Below, one piece after another: positions 31,539 to 42,212 of a DNA stretch of 64,000 nucleotides (position 1 is the stretch's first letter; every line of letters starts with the position of its first letter). The notes beneath the pieces were generated by a model that had not been told where the DNA came from, did no database searches, and was given only the letters and a program-made list of their open reading frames with translations. The stretch lies in NCBI GenBank assembly GCA_049611425.1, contig JBMZAN010000006.1, positions 9,478-73,477 on the forward strand, given 5' to 3'. Origin of the DNA: Opitutales bacterium (lineage in GTDB: Bacteria > Verrucomicrobiota > Verrucomicrobiia > Opitutales > Coraliomargaritaceae). Made by a program: the position numbers and the translations under genes.

Positions 31539-33002
31539 ATGTGGAACTGGCTGAACATAAAGCTATTCGGCCCCCTGCTCGATTTCGTGGGCACGGGTCT
31601 GCTCTTCCTGTTGGCCAACATCTCGCTGATCCTTGGACTGGTCTGCGCCGGACTGATCATTCAACGGGTATCGACCGAGAAGCGTAGCCCCAGCAATACT
31701 TTCGCCTGGCTGCTACTTGTGCTCTTCCTCCCTTTTATCGGCGTGCCGCTCTACCTGATGTTCGGCGGACGCAAGAGCCGGAAGCTGGCGTGCATTAAGG
31801 CCGAAGTCAGCAAACACGCGCACAAGCTCTCCGGCCAACAGACCAGCGGGCCCAATAAAGCACCCTACGTGCTGGCACCGGAGGCAGAACAAAACTGCAG
31901 CAAGGGCAACCACACCGAGCTCTTGGCAGACGGCAGAGCCACCTATGAACGACTCGTCCAGGAGATTGGTGCGGCGCAGCATACGATTCACATCGCCACC
32001 TACATTCTGGGCAGCGATAAGAGCGGCAGAACACTCACCGAATTATTAGCCCAACGCGCCGGAGAGGGCATTGCCGTCCGTCTCTTACTCGACTCCCTCG
32101 GAAGCTGGAACTGCACCCGACTGGCAAGGCACAAGATCCGTGCTGCGGGTGGCCAAGTCGCCATGTTCATGCCCGTATTACCGATCCAGACGCAAACCTC
32201 TTCCAATCTCCGCAACCACCGCAAAATTGCTATCTTCGATAATTTCCGTGCCATCACCGGCGGACAGAATTTAGACAACCGTTTTCTTGGCAACTGGCCC
32301 GATACGAAGCGCTTCGCGGACTTCAGCGTCGTCACCCAGGGCCCGGCAGTTGCCGAACTAACGCGCACCTTTATTGCGGACTGGGCTTTTGCCGCAAAAG
32401 AAGACCCGGCACGGCACCGTGAACTCCTCCAATATATGCCGGAAGAAGCGGGCAACAGCACCATCGAAGTCATTACCAGTGGGCCGGATGTTGCGAATGA
32501 TCCCCTCTGGGAGCAACTCGTGCGGATTATCCAGGAGTTCAAGCAGCACCTCACCATCATCACCCCCTACTTCATTCCTGACGAAGTACTGCTTCAATCG
32601 CTGATCGTCAAAGCCCATACCGGACGCCAAATCAGACTGATCCTGCCCCTTCAATCGAACCAAGGCCTGGCCGACATCGCGCGGCATCGGGCCCTCCGGC
32701 AGCTCGATGCCGCCGGCGTCGACATCCTCTTCTACAAGCCACGCATGCTGCATGCAAAGCTCGTCCTCGCCGACGACCTGGTCGCCCTGATCGGTTCGGC
32801 CAACATCGACATGCGCTCACTCTTCGTGAATTTTGAAATCGCGCTCGCCCACTACACGGCCGGTGATATCGAAATGCTCACCCGGTGGGCCAAGGCTCTG
32901 GAATCAGACTGTATTGCCTACAGACAAGTCGCCCGGGATAAGGCACTGATTCCATCAAAGCTCAGCCAAGACCTCGTGCATCTGCTCGTGCCCTTGCTGT
33001 GA
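31539..33002 (+). CDS. cls: Cardiolipin synthase (phospholipase D family)
   Basis: N-terminal TM helices, two HKD motifs (RNHRKIAIFD, MLHAKLVLAD), GSANIDMRS. Confidence 0.9.
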   Translation: MWNWLNIKLFGPLLDFVGTGLLFLLANISLILGLVCAGLIIQRVSTEKRSPSNTFAWLLLVLFLPFIGVPLYLMFGGRKSRKLACIKAEVSKHAHKLSGQQTSGPNKAPYVLAPEAEQNCSKGNHTELLADGRATYERLVQEIGAAQHTIHIATYILGSDKSGRTLTELLAQRAGEGIAVRLLLDSLGSWNCTRLARHKIRAAGGQVAMFMPVLPIQTQTSSNLRNHRKIAIFDNFRAITGGQNLDNRFLGNWPDTKRFADFSVVTQGPAVAELTRTFIADWAFAAKEDPARHRELLQYMPEEAGNSTIEVITSGPDVANDPLWEQLVRIIQEFKQHLTIITPYFIPDEVLLQSLIVKAHTGRQIRLILPLQSNQGLADIARHRALRQLDAAGVDILFYKPRMLHAKLVLADDLVALIGSANIDMRSLFVNFEIALAHYTAGDIEMLTRWAKALESDCIAYRQVARDKALIPSKLSQDLVHLLVPLL

Positions 33003-33156
33003 GTATCTGTCTCCGCCGCCCCACTCTCTGCTTTGGCAGCACAGATTGGGCGCCCAAGCACTCCACCTTGTGTTCTCGTCGCTTAACCGGTGATGAAAAA
33101 TCCCATTTGAGACATTCCCACTTGATGCCATCGCGGACTCAGCTTGACTCAAGCCA

Positions 33157-34770
33157 ATGACAGCCTGCCGATTCACCGCCTTACTCTGCCTACTCGTTGC
33201 ACTCGTAGGCTGCGGTGGGCGTACCACGAATGTTGAACGGGGCAACGAAGCACGCGAGCTCTATATCGGCATCGGCACCGAACCTGCCGGCCTCGATCCG
33301 CATCTCATTACGGGGCTGACTGAGCTCTCTGTCACCCTGGCCTTCCTCGAGGGCCTTGCCACCTTCAACAGTGAGACCATGACGCTTGAACCGGGCGTGG
33401 CCAGGACTTGGGAGCGTTCCGCAGACGGTCTGCGCTACACCTTTCATTTTGACCCCGGAGCACGCTGGTCGAATGGCGACCCGGTCAGCGCGCAGGACTT
33501 CCTCTTTTCCTTCGAGCGAATTCTATCGCCAGCATTAGGCGCACCCTACGCCTATATGCTCTACGATATGAAAAACGCAGAGGCTTTCCACAAAGGCCAA
33601 CTGAGCGACTTCAGCCAAGTCGGCGCATCTGCACCCGATGCGGCGACCCTGATCATCGAACTGGAACAGCCCACGCCCTACTTCCTCAGTCTGCTGACCC
33701 ACTACACCTGGTGGCCGGTGCACCCGCCCACGATTCTCAAACACGGCAAGATGACCGATCGCATTTCGGAATGGACCAAGCCCGGGAACTTTGTCGGCAA
33801 CGGCCCCTTCACACTCGAAACATGGCGCATCAACAGCTCCATTTATGCGAAGAAGAATCCACTCTACCGCGACCCGGATGCCGTTTGGCTGAATGGCATC
33901 CATTTCATGCCCATACAGGTCGATGCCGAAGAGCGCGCCTTTCGTGCCGGGCACCTCCACCTCACCTCGACGGTCCTGCCCCAACGCATCGATTGGTATC
34001 GCAGGAACCTGCCTGAACGGATGCGTTTCGATACCGCGCTTGGCGTATATTACTATATGTTCAACACTTCACGTGAACCGCTCAATGATCCGCGTGTGCG
34101 CAAGGCACTGGCCTATTCCATCAACCGTGAAGCGATCACCGAGCACGTGCTCAAAGCAGGTCAAAAGCCGGCCTATCACTTTACACCACCAAATACCGGC
34201 GGCACTTACAACGCAGAGGCACGCCTGGTCTACGATCCCGATCTGGGGCGCGAACTACTGGCCGAAGCAGGCTATCCAGACGGCGAAGGCTTCCCCACCT
34301 TTGAAATCCTCTACAACACCAGTGAGGCCCACCGTAGCATCGCGGTCGCAATCCAACAAATGTGGAAGCAGGAACTCGGCATCGACGTGAGCCTCTACAA
34401 TCAGGAATGGAAGGTCTATCTCTCCACCCGAGAAGCAGGTGAATTCGATATCCTCCGTGCGGCATGGTTTGGCGACTACGACGACCCGAATACATTCCTC
34501 AGCCTCGGCGAGAGCGACAACGGCAACAATCATACCCGGTGGAACAATCCTCGATTCGATGCCTTGATCGAGGCCGCCGCTCTTGAGCAGGACCAGGCCA
34601 GCCGCCTTGCTCTCTTCCAGCAAGCCGAGTCTATCCTCCTCGATGAAATGCCCGTCATGCCAATCTACTTCTACGTAACCAGTCGACTCATCGACCCAAG
34701 CGTACAAGGCTGGCACCCGAACATTCTCGATTACCACCCATACCAGTCCGTTCGATTGGTGGACGAGTAA
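33157..34770 (+). CDS. oppA: Oligopeptide ABC transporter substrate-binding lipoprotein
   Basis: Lipobox LVGC, EPAGLDP, ARWSNGDPV, GNGPF, RVRKAL, WFGDYDDP. Confidence 0.9.
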   Translation: MTACRFTALLCLLVALVGCGGRTTNVERGNEARELYIGIGTEPAGLDPHLITGLTELSVTLAFLEGLATFNSETMTLEPGVARTWERSADGLRYTFHFDPGARWSNGDPVSAQDFLFSFERILSPALGAPYAYMLYDMKNAEAFHKGQLSDFSQVGASAPDAATLIIELEQPTPYFLSLLTHYTWWPVHPPTILKHGKMTDRISEWTKPGNFVGNGPFTLETWRINSSIYAKKNPLYRDPDAVWLNGIHFMPIQVDAEERAFRAGHLHLTSTVLPQRIDWYRRNLPERMRFDTALGVYYYMFNTSREPLNDPRVRKALAYSINREAITEHVLKAGQKPAYHFTPPNTGGTYNAEARLVYDPDLGRELLAEAGYPDGEGFPTFEILYNTSEAHRSIAVAIQQMWKQELGIDVSLYNQEWKVYLSTREAGEFDILRAAWFGDYDDPNTFLSLGESDNGNNHTRWNNPRFDALIEAAALEQDQASRLALFQQAESILLDEMPVMPIYFYVTSRLIDPSVQGWHPNILDYHPYQSVRLVDE

Positions 34771-34800
34771 TCTTTTGCGCAAAGACCCGAAGACCCGAAG

Positions 34801-35718
34801 ATGCTCTCCCACATCGCCAGACGTTTGCTTCAAGCCATGCCGACCCTATGGCTGGTTGCGACCCTGACCTTCGTCCTCCTACATCTGGCGCCGGGTGGTC
34901 CGTTTGATGATGAAAAGTCCGTCCCCGCCGAGGTGAAGGCACAGATCGAAGCACACTATGGCCTGGATCTGCCGCTCTATGCGCAGTATCTCCGTTTCCT
35001 CGGTAATATTCTACAAGGCGACTTCGGGCCCTCCTACAAATATTCAGGCTGGCAGGTGGATGAAATCATCGGTCAAAGCTTTCCCGTCTCTTTGGAACTA
35101 GGCGGGCTCGCCCTGCTCATCGCACTCTGCCTCGGCATTCCGTTAGGTGTGCTGGCCGCCCTCCGGCATGGCAAAGCATCTGAAACGACACTCATGGGCG
35201 CGGCCATGGTGGGCATCTGCCTGCCCTCTTTTGTCCTCGGACCGCTACTCCTCCTCGTCTTCAGCTCCGGCCTGGGCTGGTTTAATCCACTGGGCTGGTC
35301 AGTCGCCAGCGACCGGTTGTTGCCTGCACTCACACTTGGACTCTTTTACGGAGCTTATATCGCACGCCTGACTCGTAGTGGGATGCTGGATACAATGCAT
35401 CATGACTACATTAGGACTGCACGCGCCAAAGGCCTCAGGGAGAGCCTCGTTGTCATGCGCCACAGCCTGCGCAGCGCGCTCTATCCGGTTGTTGCTTATT
35501 TGGGACCCGCGCTTGCCGGGCTCATCAGCGGATCCTTCATCGTGGAGACGATTTTCTTTATTCCCGGGCTCGGCATGTTTTTTGTCAATTCCGCCTTCAA
35601 CAGGGACTACACCCTGGTGATGGGCACCGTGCTCTTTTATGCAGTGCTCATCATCCTCTTCAATCTTCTCGTCGACCTCATCCAGATGTGGATGAACCCA
35701 CGCACACGACATGACTAA
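34801..35718 (+). CDS. oppB: Oligopeptide ABC permease
   Basis: APGGPF, GDFGPSY, DYIRTARAKGL, NRDY. Confidence 0.9.
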   Translation: MLSHIARRLLQAMPTLWLVATLTFVLLHLAPGGPFDDEKSVPAEVKAQIEAHYGLDLPLYAQYLRFLGNILQGDFGPSYKYSGWQVDEIIGQSFPVSLELGGLALLIALCLGIPLGVLAALRHGKASETTLMGAAMVGICLPSFVLGPLLLLVFSSGLGWFNPLGWSVASDRLLPALTLGLFYGAYIARLTRSGMLDTMHHDYIRTARAKGLRESLVVMRHSLRSALYPVVAYLGPALAGLISGSFIVETIFFIPGLGMFFVNSAFNRDYTLVMGTVLFYAVLIILFNLLVDLIQMWMNPRTRHD

Positions 35719-36589
35719 AGAGAAGAGAGAATCGGCCGCAACGGAAGTGCGCTCACTGGGGCGTGACGCATGGGACAGACTGTGCCGAAACCGCATGGCG
35801 CAGATCGGGGGCCTTCTCTTTGCCGGCATTACCTTGCTCTGTCTGCTCGGGCCCTTCCTCAGCCCACACTCCTGTGAGACAACGAATCTAGCCTATGGCG
35901 CACAGGGACCGAGCGCCGAGCACTGGTTTGGCACCGACGATCTTGGTCGCGACCTGCTCGTCCGCACGATGGTCGGCGGACGCATTTCCATCGGTGTAGG
36001 CTTCGCCGCAACTGCAATCGCACTCCTGATCGGCGTGAGCTATGGAATGATCGCAGGCTATGCCGGTGGACGCACGGAGAGCCTTATGATGCGTTTCGTC
36101 GATACGCTCTATGCCCTGCCTTTTACGATCATAGTGATCCTGCTGACCGTATTCATGGGACGCAGTATCCTGCTCATCTTCCTCGCGATCGGCGCCGTCG
36201 AATGGCTCACCATGGCACGTATTGTGCGTGGCCAGACCCGCGCGCTGTGCAAGCTGGATTTCATCGATGCCGCGCGTGTTCATGGCGTTCCCGACACCCG
36301 TATTCTGATCAGACACATCCTCCCGAATCTGGCGGGTCCCGTCATTGTCTACACCACCCTGACGATTCCGGCGGTTATTCTACTCGAATCGGTCATCAGC
36401 TTCCTCGGGCTTGGCGTGCAGCCTCCGATGAGCTCTTGGGGCACTCTGATCCACTCGGGCTCACTCAAAATTGACGTCTACCCATGGCAATTGATTTTCC
36501 CCGGCATCTTTTTCTCTCTAACCATCTTTGCCCTGAACTTCATCGGTGACGGGCTACGTGATGCACTCGACCCGCGCGGCACACGCTAA
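35711..36589 (+). CDS. oppC: Oligopeptide ABC permease
   Basis: HWFGTDDLGRD, MARIVRGQ, HILPN, SFLGLGVQPP, GDGLRDALDP. Confidence 0.9.
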   Translation: MTKEKRESAATEVRSLGRDAWDRLCRNRMAQIGGLLFAGITLLCLLGPFLSPHSCETTNLAYGAQGPSAEHWFGTDDLGRDLLVRTMVGGRISIGVGFAATAIALLIGVSYGMIAGYAGGRTESLMMRFVDTLYALPFTIIVILLTVFMGRSILLIFLAIGAVEWLTMARIVRGQTRALCKLDFIDAARVHGVPDTRILIRHILPNLAGPVIVYTTLTIPAVILLESVISFLGLGVQPPMSSWGTLIHSGSLKIDVYPWQLIFPGIFFSLTIFALNFIGDGLRDALDPRGTR

Positions 36590-36666
36590 CTCCTATCCGC
36601 ATCGGGATTCGACCGGGCGTTCAAAAGTAGCTCGACGACATCGGTCCCATCATCAAGTTTGTTGCT

Positions 36667-37578
36667 ATGTCCAATGGCCTCGAAGCGATCCACCAGGAAC
36701 TGCAGCGTCTGCAGCAGGAAGGCGTCGAACGCATCTTCGTTGAAGAGGCGACACTCGGTCAGCTGAGACCGGTACAGGGGCAAGCTGCACGGGCTGCAAA
36801 AGCTGAACAAGCAGCGCCCATCAGCGACCTTGTAGAGCTCGCACAGGGAGCGGATAAGCGTGCGGCCAAACCCGTTGCCACAACGCAAGCGACACCCGGC
36901 AGCATTCAGCCGATCCCTGAGACGCCCGCGCAATTCGAACTCCCCGAAGGTGATGCCGGCACCCGTATGTCCTGGCTCAAAGAGCGAGTTGAAAACTGCC
37001 CCGTCTGCAATCAACACCTCAGCGAGAACGGCAAGGTCGTCTTTGGCGCAGGCCGTGTCGACGCGGACATTTTCTTCTGCGGTGAAGCGCCCGGAGCGGA
37101 TGAAGAACGGGAAGGCGAACCCTTCGTTGGCAAGGCCGGCCAACTCCTGACAAAAATAATTCAAGCGATGGGCCTACAACGAGAGGACGTCTACATCGGC
37201 AACATCCTGAAGTGGCGCCCCGAGCACGATAAGCCTTATGGTAACCGGCCCCCCACCATCGAGGAAATGCACTTTTGCCTGCCCTATTTGCGGGCACAGA
37301 TTCAAATCGTTCAACCGAAGGTCATCGTCGCGCTCGGCAACACCGCAGTCACTGGCCTACTCGGCCCCGACCCGAATCGCCGCATGGGCTCAGTGCGTGG
37401 CACCTGGAACGAATTCGAGGGCACCCCGGTCATCATCACCTTCCATCCATCCTACCTCTTGCGTCATGACACCCTTCAGACCAAGCGCATGATTTGGGAG
37501 GACATGCTACAAGTGATGGATAAGCTCGGACTGTCGATCTCCGAAAAGCAACGTGGGTTCTTTCTGCCTAAAGCATAA
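36667..37578 (+). CDS. Family-4 uracil-DNA glycosylase with N-terminal extension
   Basis: CPVC, GEAPGADE, PFVGKAGQLL, NRPP, TFHPSYLLR. Confidence 0.9.
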   Translation: MSNGLEAIHQELQRLQQEGVERIFVEEATLGQLRPVQGQAARAAKAEQAAPISDLVELAQGADKRAAKPVATTQATPGSIQPIPETPAQFELPEGDAGTRMSWLKERVENCPVCNQHLSENGKVVFGAGRVDADIFFCGEAPGADEEREGEPFVGKAGQLLTKIIQAMGLQREDVYIGNILKWRPEHDKPYGNRPPTIEEMHFCLPYLRAQIQIVQPKVIVALGNTAVTGLLGPDPNRRMGSVRGTWNEFEGTPVIITFHPSYLLRHDTLQTKRMIWEDMLQVMDKLGLSISEKQRGFFLPKA

Positions 37579-37759
37579 TACATGTCTTCCACCATTATAC
37601 AGCGCCGGCAACCCGTTCCCGGATCCGGGCATTTTGCCCGAAAGTTTCGTACCTTTGATTGAGGCCATCAGGAAGGCCTGAACTTCAAGCCGAAGGAGTA
37701 TGTCGCGCAACTTCAGCCTCACGGCCGACACAAGCCCAGTCCTTTAACGCCAAGCCCAA

Positions 37760-38551
37760 CTAGCCGTTCTGCGCGCGAGACCGGGAGAACCGACCGCGAC
37801 GACTTTTCTCAAAACAGGCCAGAAAGTTCGCGCCGGCAGCAGACTTTGCTTCACCGGCTGCAGCCAGCTTAGCCGGATTACCGGGCTGGAAATACACTGC
37901 TTTGTAGCACTGGCGCAGATCCGCGATCGACTCAGGTGTAAGCTTGCGCTTCAAGCCCAACAAATTCAGCCCCGTCACGGTGCTTCGCTCGGCAACAGTG
38001 ACATAGGAAGGTACATCATAAGTGACCGAGGCATTACCCGCAATCATGGCGAGCTCTCCAATCGTTACATACTGATGTATGCCACAACCACCACCGAGGA
38101 AAGAGCCGCTGCCCACATGCACGTGCCCGGCAAGCATGGCGTTATTGGCCAGAATCACTCCATCTCCCAGTTGGCAATCGTGGGCGACATGTGCATTCGC
38201 CATGAGCAGGCACTGCAGACCGATGCTTGTAGAACGACCCGCTTCGCTTGCTCGGTGAATCGTCACACCCTCACGCAGCACGCTGCCCTTACCGATACGC
38301 ACTCCGGATTCTGTCGCCTCATCAAATGACAGGTCCTGCGGCAGGCCACCGACCACAGCGAAGCTATCCACGACGACATCTTCATCCAGAACAGAAAAGC
38401 GGCGAATGATCGCATGCGCCGCAACGCGGCAACCGCGGGCAATCGTCACACCCCCTTCAATCACGGCGAAAGGCCCGACCTCGACATCGTCCGCAAGAAC
38501 CGCGGAAGGGTCAATCACTGCGCTCGGGTCTAGCTTGGATTCAGTCGTCAT
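37760..38551 (-). CDS. lpxA: UDP-N-acetylglucosamine acyltransferase
   Basis: Hexapeptide repeats, PQDLSF, REGVTIHR, HVAHDC, LAGHV, IHQ. Confidence 0.9.
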   Translation of the reverse strand: MTTESKLDPSAVIDPSAVLADDVEVGPFAVIEGGVTIARGCRVAAHAIIRRFSVLDEDVVVDSFAVVGGLPQDLSFDEATESGVRIGKGSVLREGVTIHRASEAGRSTSIGLQCLLMANAHVAHDCQLGDGVILANNAMLAGHVHVGSGSFLGGGCGIHQYVTIGELAMIAGNASVTYDVPSYVTVAERSTVTGLNLLGLKRKLTPESIADLRQCYKAVYFQPGNPAKLAAAGEAKSAAGANFLACFEKSRRGRFSRSRAQNG

Positions 38552-38616
38552 GGGGCAAAAAATATCCGGTTCTGCGATACACAAAACCGGCTACTTTGAA
38601 TAAACCAATCGAATTC

Positions 38617-41103
38617 TCAGGATGCCACCGGCTGATCCTGTTCAAATCGCAGGGAATTACCATCCTCTTCGACAGAGACCTTAATCAGCTCGCCATGCTT
38701 AATCTCACCCGAGAGGATTGCTTCAGCCAGCGAGTCCTCGAGGTACTTCTCAATGGCACGACGTAGCGGTCGAGCGCCATACTTTTCGTCGTAGCCCTTT
38801 TCTATGAGGAAGTCCTTAGACGCTTGGCTAAAAACGAATTCGAGTTCGCGCTCCTTGAGGCGCTCAGACACATTGCGAAGCTCCAACTCAACGATGGACT
38901 GCATATCCTCCTTGCCGAGCGACTTAAAGATGACCAGGTCATTCAAACGATTGAGGAACTCCGGCTTGAAGACGCGCTTCGTTTCATCGAGAATCTTCTC
39001 GCGAATCTTCTCATACTCATTCTCCGCGTTGTTTTCGATGCCAAAGCCCATCGATGTGTTACGTTGGAGGATATCCGCACCGACATTCGATGTCATAATC
39101 AGGATCGTATTACGGAAGTCGATCTTGCGCCCCAAACTGTCAGTTAAGCGACCTTCCTCGAGAACCTGAAGGAGCAACTGCACAACGTCCGGGTGTGCTT
39201 TCTCGATTTCGTCAAAGAGGACGACCGAGTATGGCTTACGGCGAACCGCTTCAGTGAGTTGGCCACCCTCCTCATAACCGACATAGCCAGGAGGCGATCC
39301 AACCAGTCGAGACACCGCAAACTTCTCCATGTATTCAGACATGTCGATTTGGATAATTGCGTCCTTATCACCAAACATTTCCTCGGCAAGGACCTTCGCC
39401 AGAAGGGTCTTACCCACACCAGTCGGCCCGAGGAACATGAAGGAACCAATCGGACGTTTCGGATCTTTCAGGTCAGCGCGTGAGCGACGGAGCGCCTTGG
39501 AAATGACTTCGGTAGCCATATTCTGACCGATCACTTCGCTCTGAAGCTCTGCCTCGAGGCTGAGCAACTTCTTGCTCTCCTTCTCCTCCATGCGCGACAA
39601 GGGAATACCGGTCCAGCTGGCAACGACTTGAAGCATTTCGTCCTCATCGACCGTCATCTTGTTCTCTTCGCGTGACTTTTTCCATGCGTCGATAATGCCC
39701 GCCTGCTTCTTGCGAAGCTGTTTTTCCTCATCACGGAACTTAGCGGCCTCTTCGAAATGCTGCTCAGCAATCGCCTTTTCCTTTTTCGCGCACACTTCGT
39801 CGATGCTTGCCGTCATTTCCTCAATCTCCGGCGGCTGCTTCAGTGACTCGATGCGGGCACGTGCACCGGCCTCATCGATGATGTCGATTGCTTTATCCGG
39901 AAGAAAACGCGAGGTGATATAGCGCTCAGAAAGCTTTGCAGCGGCTTCAAGTGCGCCATCCGTGAATGTGCACTTGTGGTGTTCTTCATATTTACCACGA
40001 ATGCCCTTGAGGATTTGAACGGTATCCTCAATTGAGGGCGCGTCGACCTTAACGGATTGGAAACGACGATCCAAAGCACTATCCTTCTCAATGTATTTGC
40101 GATACTCGGCCAGCGTGGTCGCACCGATACACTGGAGTTCACCACGGCTCAGGGCAGGCTTAAATATGTTCGATGCATCCATTGCGCCTTCGGCGGCACC
40201 GGCGCCGACAATGGTGTGGAGTTCATCAATGAAAATGATCACGTTCTTCGCACGGCGGATTTCATCCATCACCGCCTTGATGCGCTCTTCAAACTGTCCG
40301 CGGTATTTCGTGCCCGCAACCATCAGCGCGAGGTCCAGCGTGATCACCTTCTTATCCACCAAGATCTCCGGAACGATCCCTGATGCAATTTCCTGAGCAA
40401 GCCCTTCAACTATAGCGGTCTTACCGACACCGGCCTCACCGATGAGAACAGGGTTGTTCTTCGTCCGACGGCAGAGAATTTGAACGACCCGTCGTATTTC
40501 GTGCTTCCGGCCGACGACAGGATCAAGTTCACCCTTTTGGGCCAGTTCGGTCAGATCCCGACCAAAGGCTTTCAGTGCCGGTGTCTTGCTCTCCTTCTTA
40601 TCTTCCGGGCTGCCAGGCTGCTTGCCACCCACTGCGGCCTCTTCAGGCTCACCGGAAAAATTCGGATCCAGTTCGGCGAGGATTTCGTTGCGGCAGCGCT
40701 CAATATCGACATCGAGAGACTTCAACACGCGAGCGGCCACACCCTCACCCTCACGAAGGAGACCTAAGAGAATGTGCTCTGTGCCAACGTAAGAGTGGTT
40801 GAGTGCCTTGGCCTCCTTGCCCGCGAGCGCGAGGACCTTTTTGACGCGTGGCGTGTAGGGAATATTGCCGGAAGGCTTACTTTCCGGCCCCGTACCAACC
40901 TGCTTCTCAACCGCGGTACGGACCGTTTGCAGATCGAGCCCCATTTTCTGGAGAACGTTGACCGCCACACCCTGACCGAGGTTGATTAGTCCGAGCAAGA
41001 GGTGCTCGGTGCCGACGTAGTTATGGTGAAAGCGATCCGCCTCCTTCCGAGCCAGCGCCAGCACCTGCTGCGCGCGTGGTGTGAAGTTATTCATGGGTTC
41101 CAT
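38617..41103 (-). CDS. clpC: ATP-dependent Clp protease ATPase subunit ClpC
   Basis: Double Clp-N domain, two AAA+ modules (GEAGVGKT, GPTGVGKT), UVR motif, IGF-like MGF loop. Confidence 0.96.
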   Translation of the reverse strand: MEPMNNFTPRAQQVLALARKEADRFHHNYVGTEHLLLGLINLGQGVAVNVLQKMGLDLQTVRTAVEKQVGTGPESKPSGNIPYTPRVKKVLALAGKEAKALNHSYVGTEHILLGLLREGEGVAARVLKSLDVDIERCRNEILAELDPNFSGEPEEAAVGGKQPGSPEDKKESKTPALKAFGRDLTELAQKGELDPVVGRKHEIRRVVQILCRRTKNNPVLIGEAGVGKTAIVEGLAQEIASGIVPEILVDKKVITLDLALMVAGTKYRGQFEERIKAVMDEIRRAKNVIIFIDELHTIVGAGAAEGAMDASNIFKPALSRGELQCIGATTLAEYRKYIEKDSALDRRFQSVKVDAPSIEDTVQILKGIRGKYEEHHKCTFTDGALEAAAKLSERYITSRFLPDKAIDIIDEAGARARIESLKQPPEIEEMTASIDEVCAKKEKAIAEQHFEEAAKFRDEEKQLRKKQAGIIDAWKKSREENKMTVDEDEMLQVVASWTGIPLSRMEEKESKKLLSLEAELQSEVIGQNMATEVISKALRRSRADLKDPKRPIGSFMFLGPTGVGKTLLAKVLAEEMFGDKDAIIQIDMSEYMEKFAVSRLVGSPPGYVGYEEGGQLTEAVRRKPYSVVLFDEIEKAHPDVVQLLLQVLEEGRLTDSLGRKIDFRNTILIMTSNVGADILQRNTSMGFGIENNAENEYEKIREKILDETKRVFKPEFLNRLNDLVIFKSLGKEDMQSIVELELRNVSERLKERELEFVFSQASKDFLIEKGYDEKYGARPLRRAIEKYLEDSLAEAILSGEIKHGELIKVSVEEDGNSLRFEQDQPVAS

Positions 41104-41123
41104 ATAAAAGTACTGCTGTGTAT

Positions 41124-42212
41124 CTAAGACAGATCCGAAACCTTGTCAAAATCAAGCGCAGGAAGATCCTTAAATTCTTCCCGTAGTTTGTCTGCACGAG
41201 TCACATCCCGCGCATCGGGGTCAATGCCGGCTTGGGCAGCGTGCTGTATATGGCCGGGTTGGCACTCAATAAAGAAACGGTCTATGTCGGCTCGGTGTGC
41301 CTCCGGGAGCATGTCAAAATCGACGGCCAGACGCATCAGCGAAAGCACCCCCATCGCTTCATTTGAGCTGACGACGTGGGCATTACGCAGTACACCATAG
41401 GCACGCCCAATCTGGTCAAGGAGTTTGGCGCGACTGTCTTCGAGGCACTTGAAGCGGGCATTCACCTCGTGATCGATGACCGTCTTGAGCACGTTCCCGA
41501 GGCGCTCAACTATATCCGCCTCGCTCTCGCCCAAGGTTTGCTGATTGGAGATCTGAAAAATGTGTCCCGTGGCGTCAGAGCCCTCACCAAAGAGCCCACG
41601 TACGGTGATGCCGAGTTGGTTCACCGCACGAATCACTCGCTCCATTTGTTCAGAAATCACCAAACCCGGCAGGTGCATCATCACCGAGGCACGCAGGCCG
41701 GTGCCCAGATTTGTTGGACAGGCGGTGAGGTAGCCAAACTCGGAGGCGTAAGCCACATTGAGATGATCCTCCAACTCGCTATCGAAGCGGTCAATTTGCT
41801 TCCAGACGCTCTTGAGATGGAACCCGGACTTGAGGAACTGGATCCGCAAATGGTCCTCCTCGTTGATCATGACGGAGCAAGTCTGGTCCCGGTTGATGAA
41901 TACACCCGAGCCCTGCGTCGATTCACACAACTCGCGACTGATGAGGTGGCGCTCAAGCAGAACCTGTTTCTCAAGGTCCGAGAGGTCTGAAATTTCTATA
42001 AATGTGCCCCGCTTCATCGGCGTGAGCTCAGCCAATTGCTCGGCACACAAAGTCAAAACGTCACGACGCTGTGTCGATGTGGCACGCTCGGGAAAGGGCG
42101 TGCCCACCATATTACGAGCCAGGCGTAGGCGCGTACTGAGGACCACGGGCGAACCCTTCTTTGTATTGTGGGTCAGCTCCGCATTCTCATTATGCAGCAG
42201 TGCTTCAATCAT
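41124..42212 (-). CDS. mcsB: Protein-arginine kinase
   Basis: STRLRLARN, ERHLIS, NEEDHLR, CPTNLGTGLRASVM, FQISNQ. Confidence 0.93.
   Translation of the reverse strand: MIEALLHNENAELTHNTKKGSPVVLSTRLRLARNMVGTPFPERATSTQRRDVLTLCAEQLAELTPMKRGTFIEISDLSDLEKQVLLERHLISRELCESTQGSGVFINRDQTCSVMINEEDHLRIQFLKSGFHLKSVWKQIDRFDSELEDHLNVAYASEFGYLTACPTNLGTGLRASVMMHLPGLVISEQMERVIRAVNQLGITVRGLFGEGSDATGHIFQISNQQTLGESEADIVERLGNVLKTVIDHEVNARFKCLEDSRAKLLDQIGRAYGVLRNAHVVSSNEAMGVLSLMRLAVDFDMLPEAHRADIDRFFIECQPGHIQHAAQAGIDPDARDVTRADKLREEFKDLPALDFDKVSDLS

Noticed and set aside
33157-36589. oppABC lacking oppD/F
   Set aside because: ATPase genes are often encoded elsewhere, so this is not unusual
37579-37759. Intergenic hairpin CGGGCA-ttt-TGCCCG and a CAGGAAGG motif suggestive of SRP RNA
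   Set aside because: The SRP domain IV consensus is not matched; it is more likely a simple terminator-like stem between convergent genes
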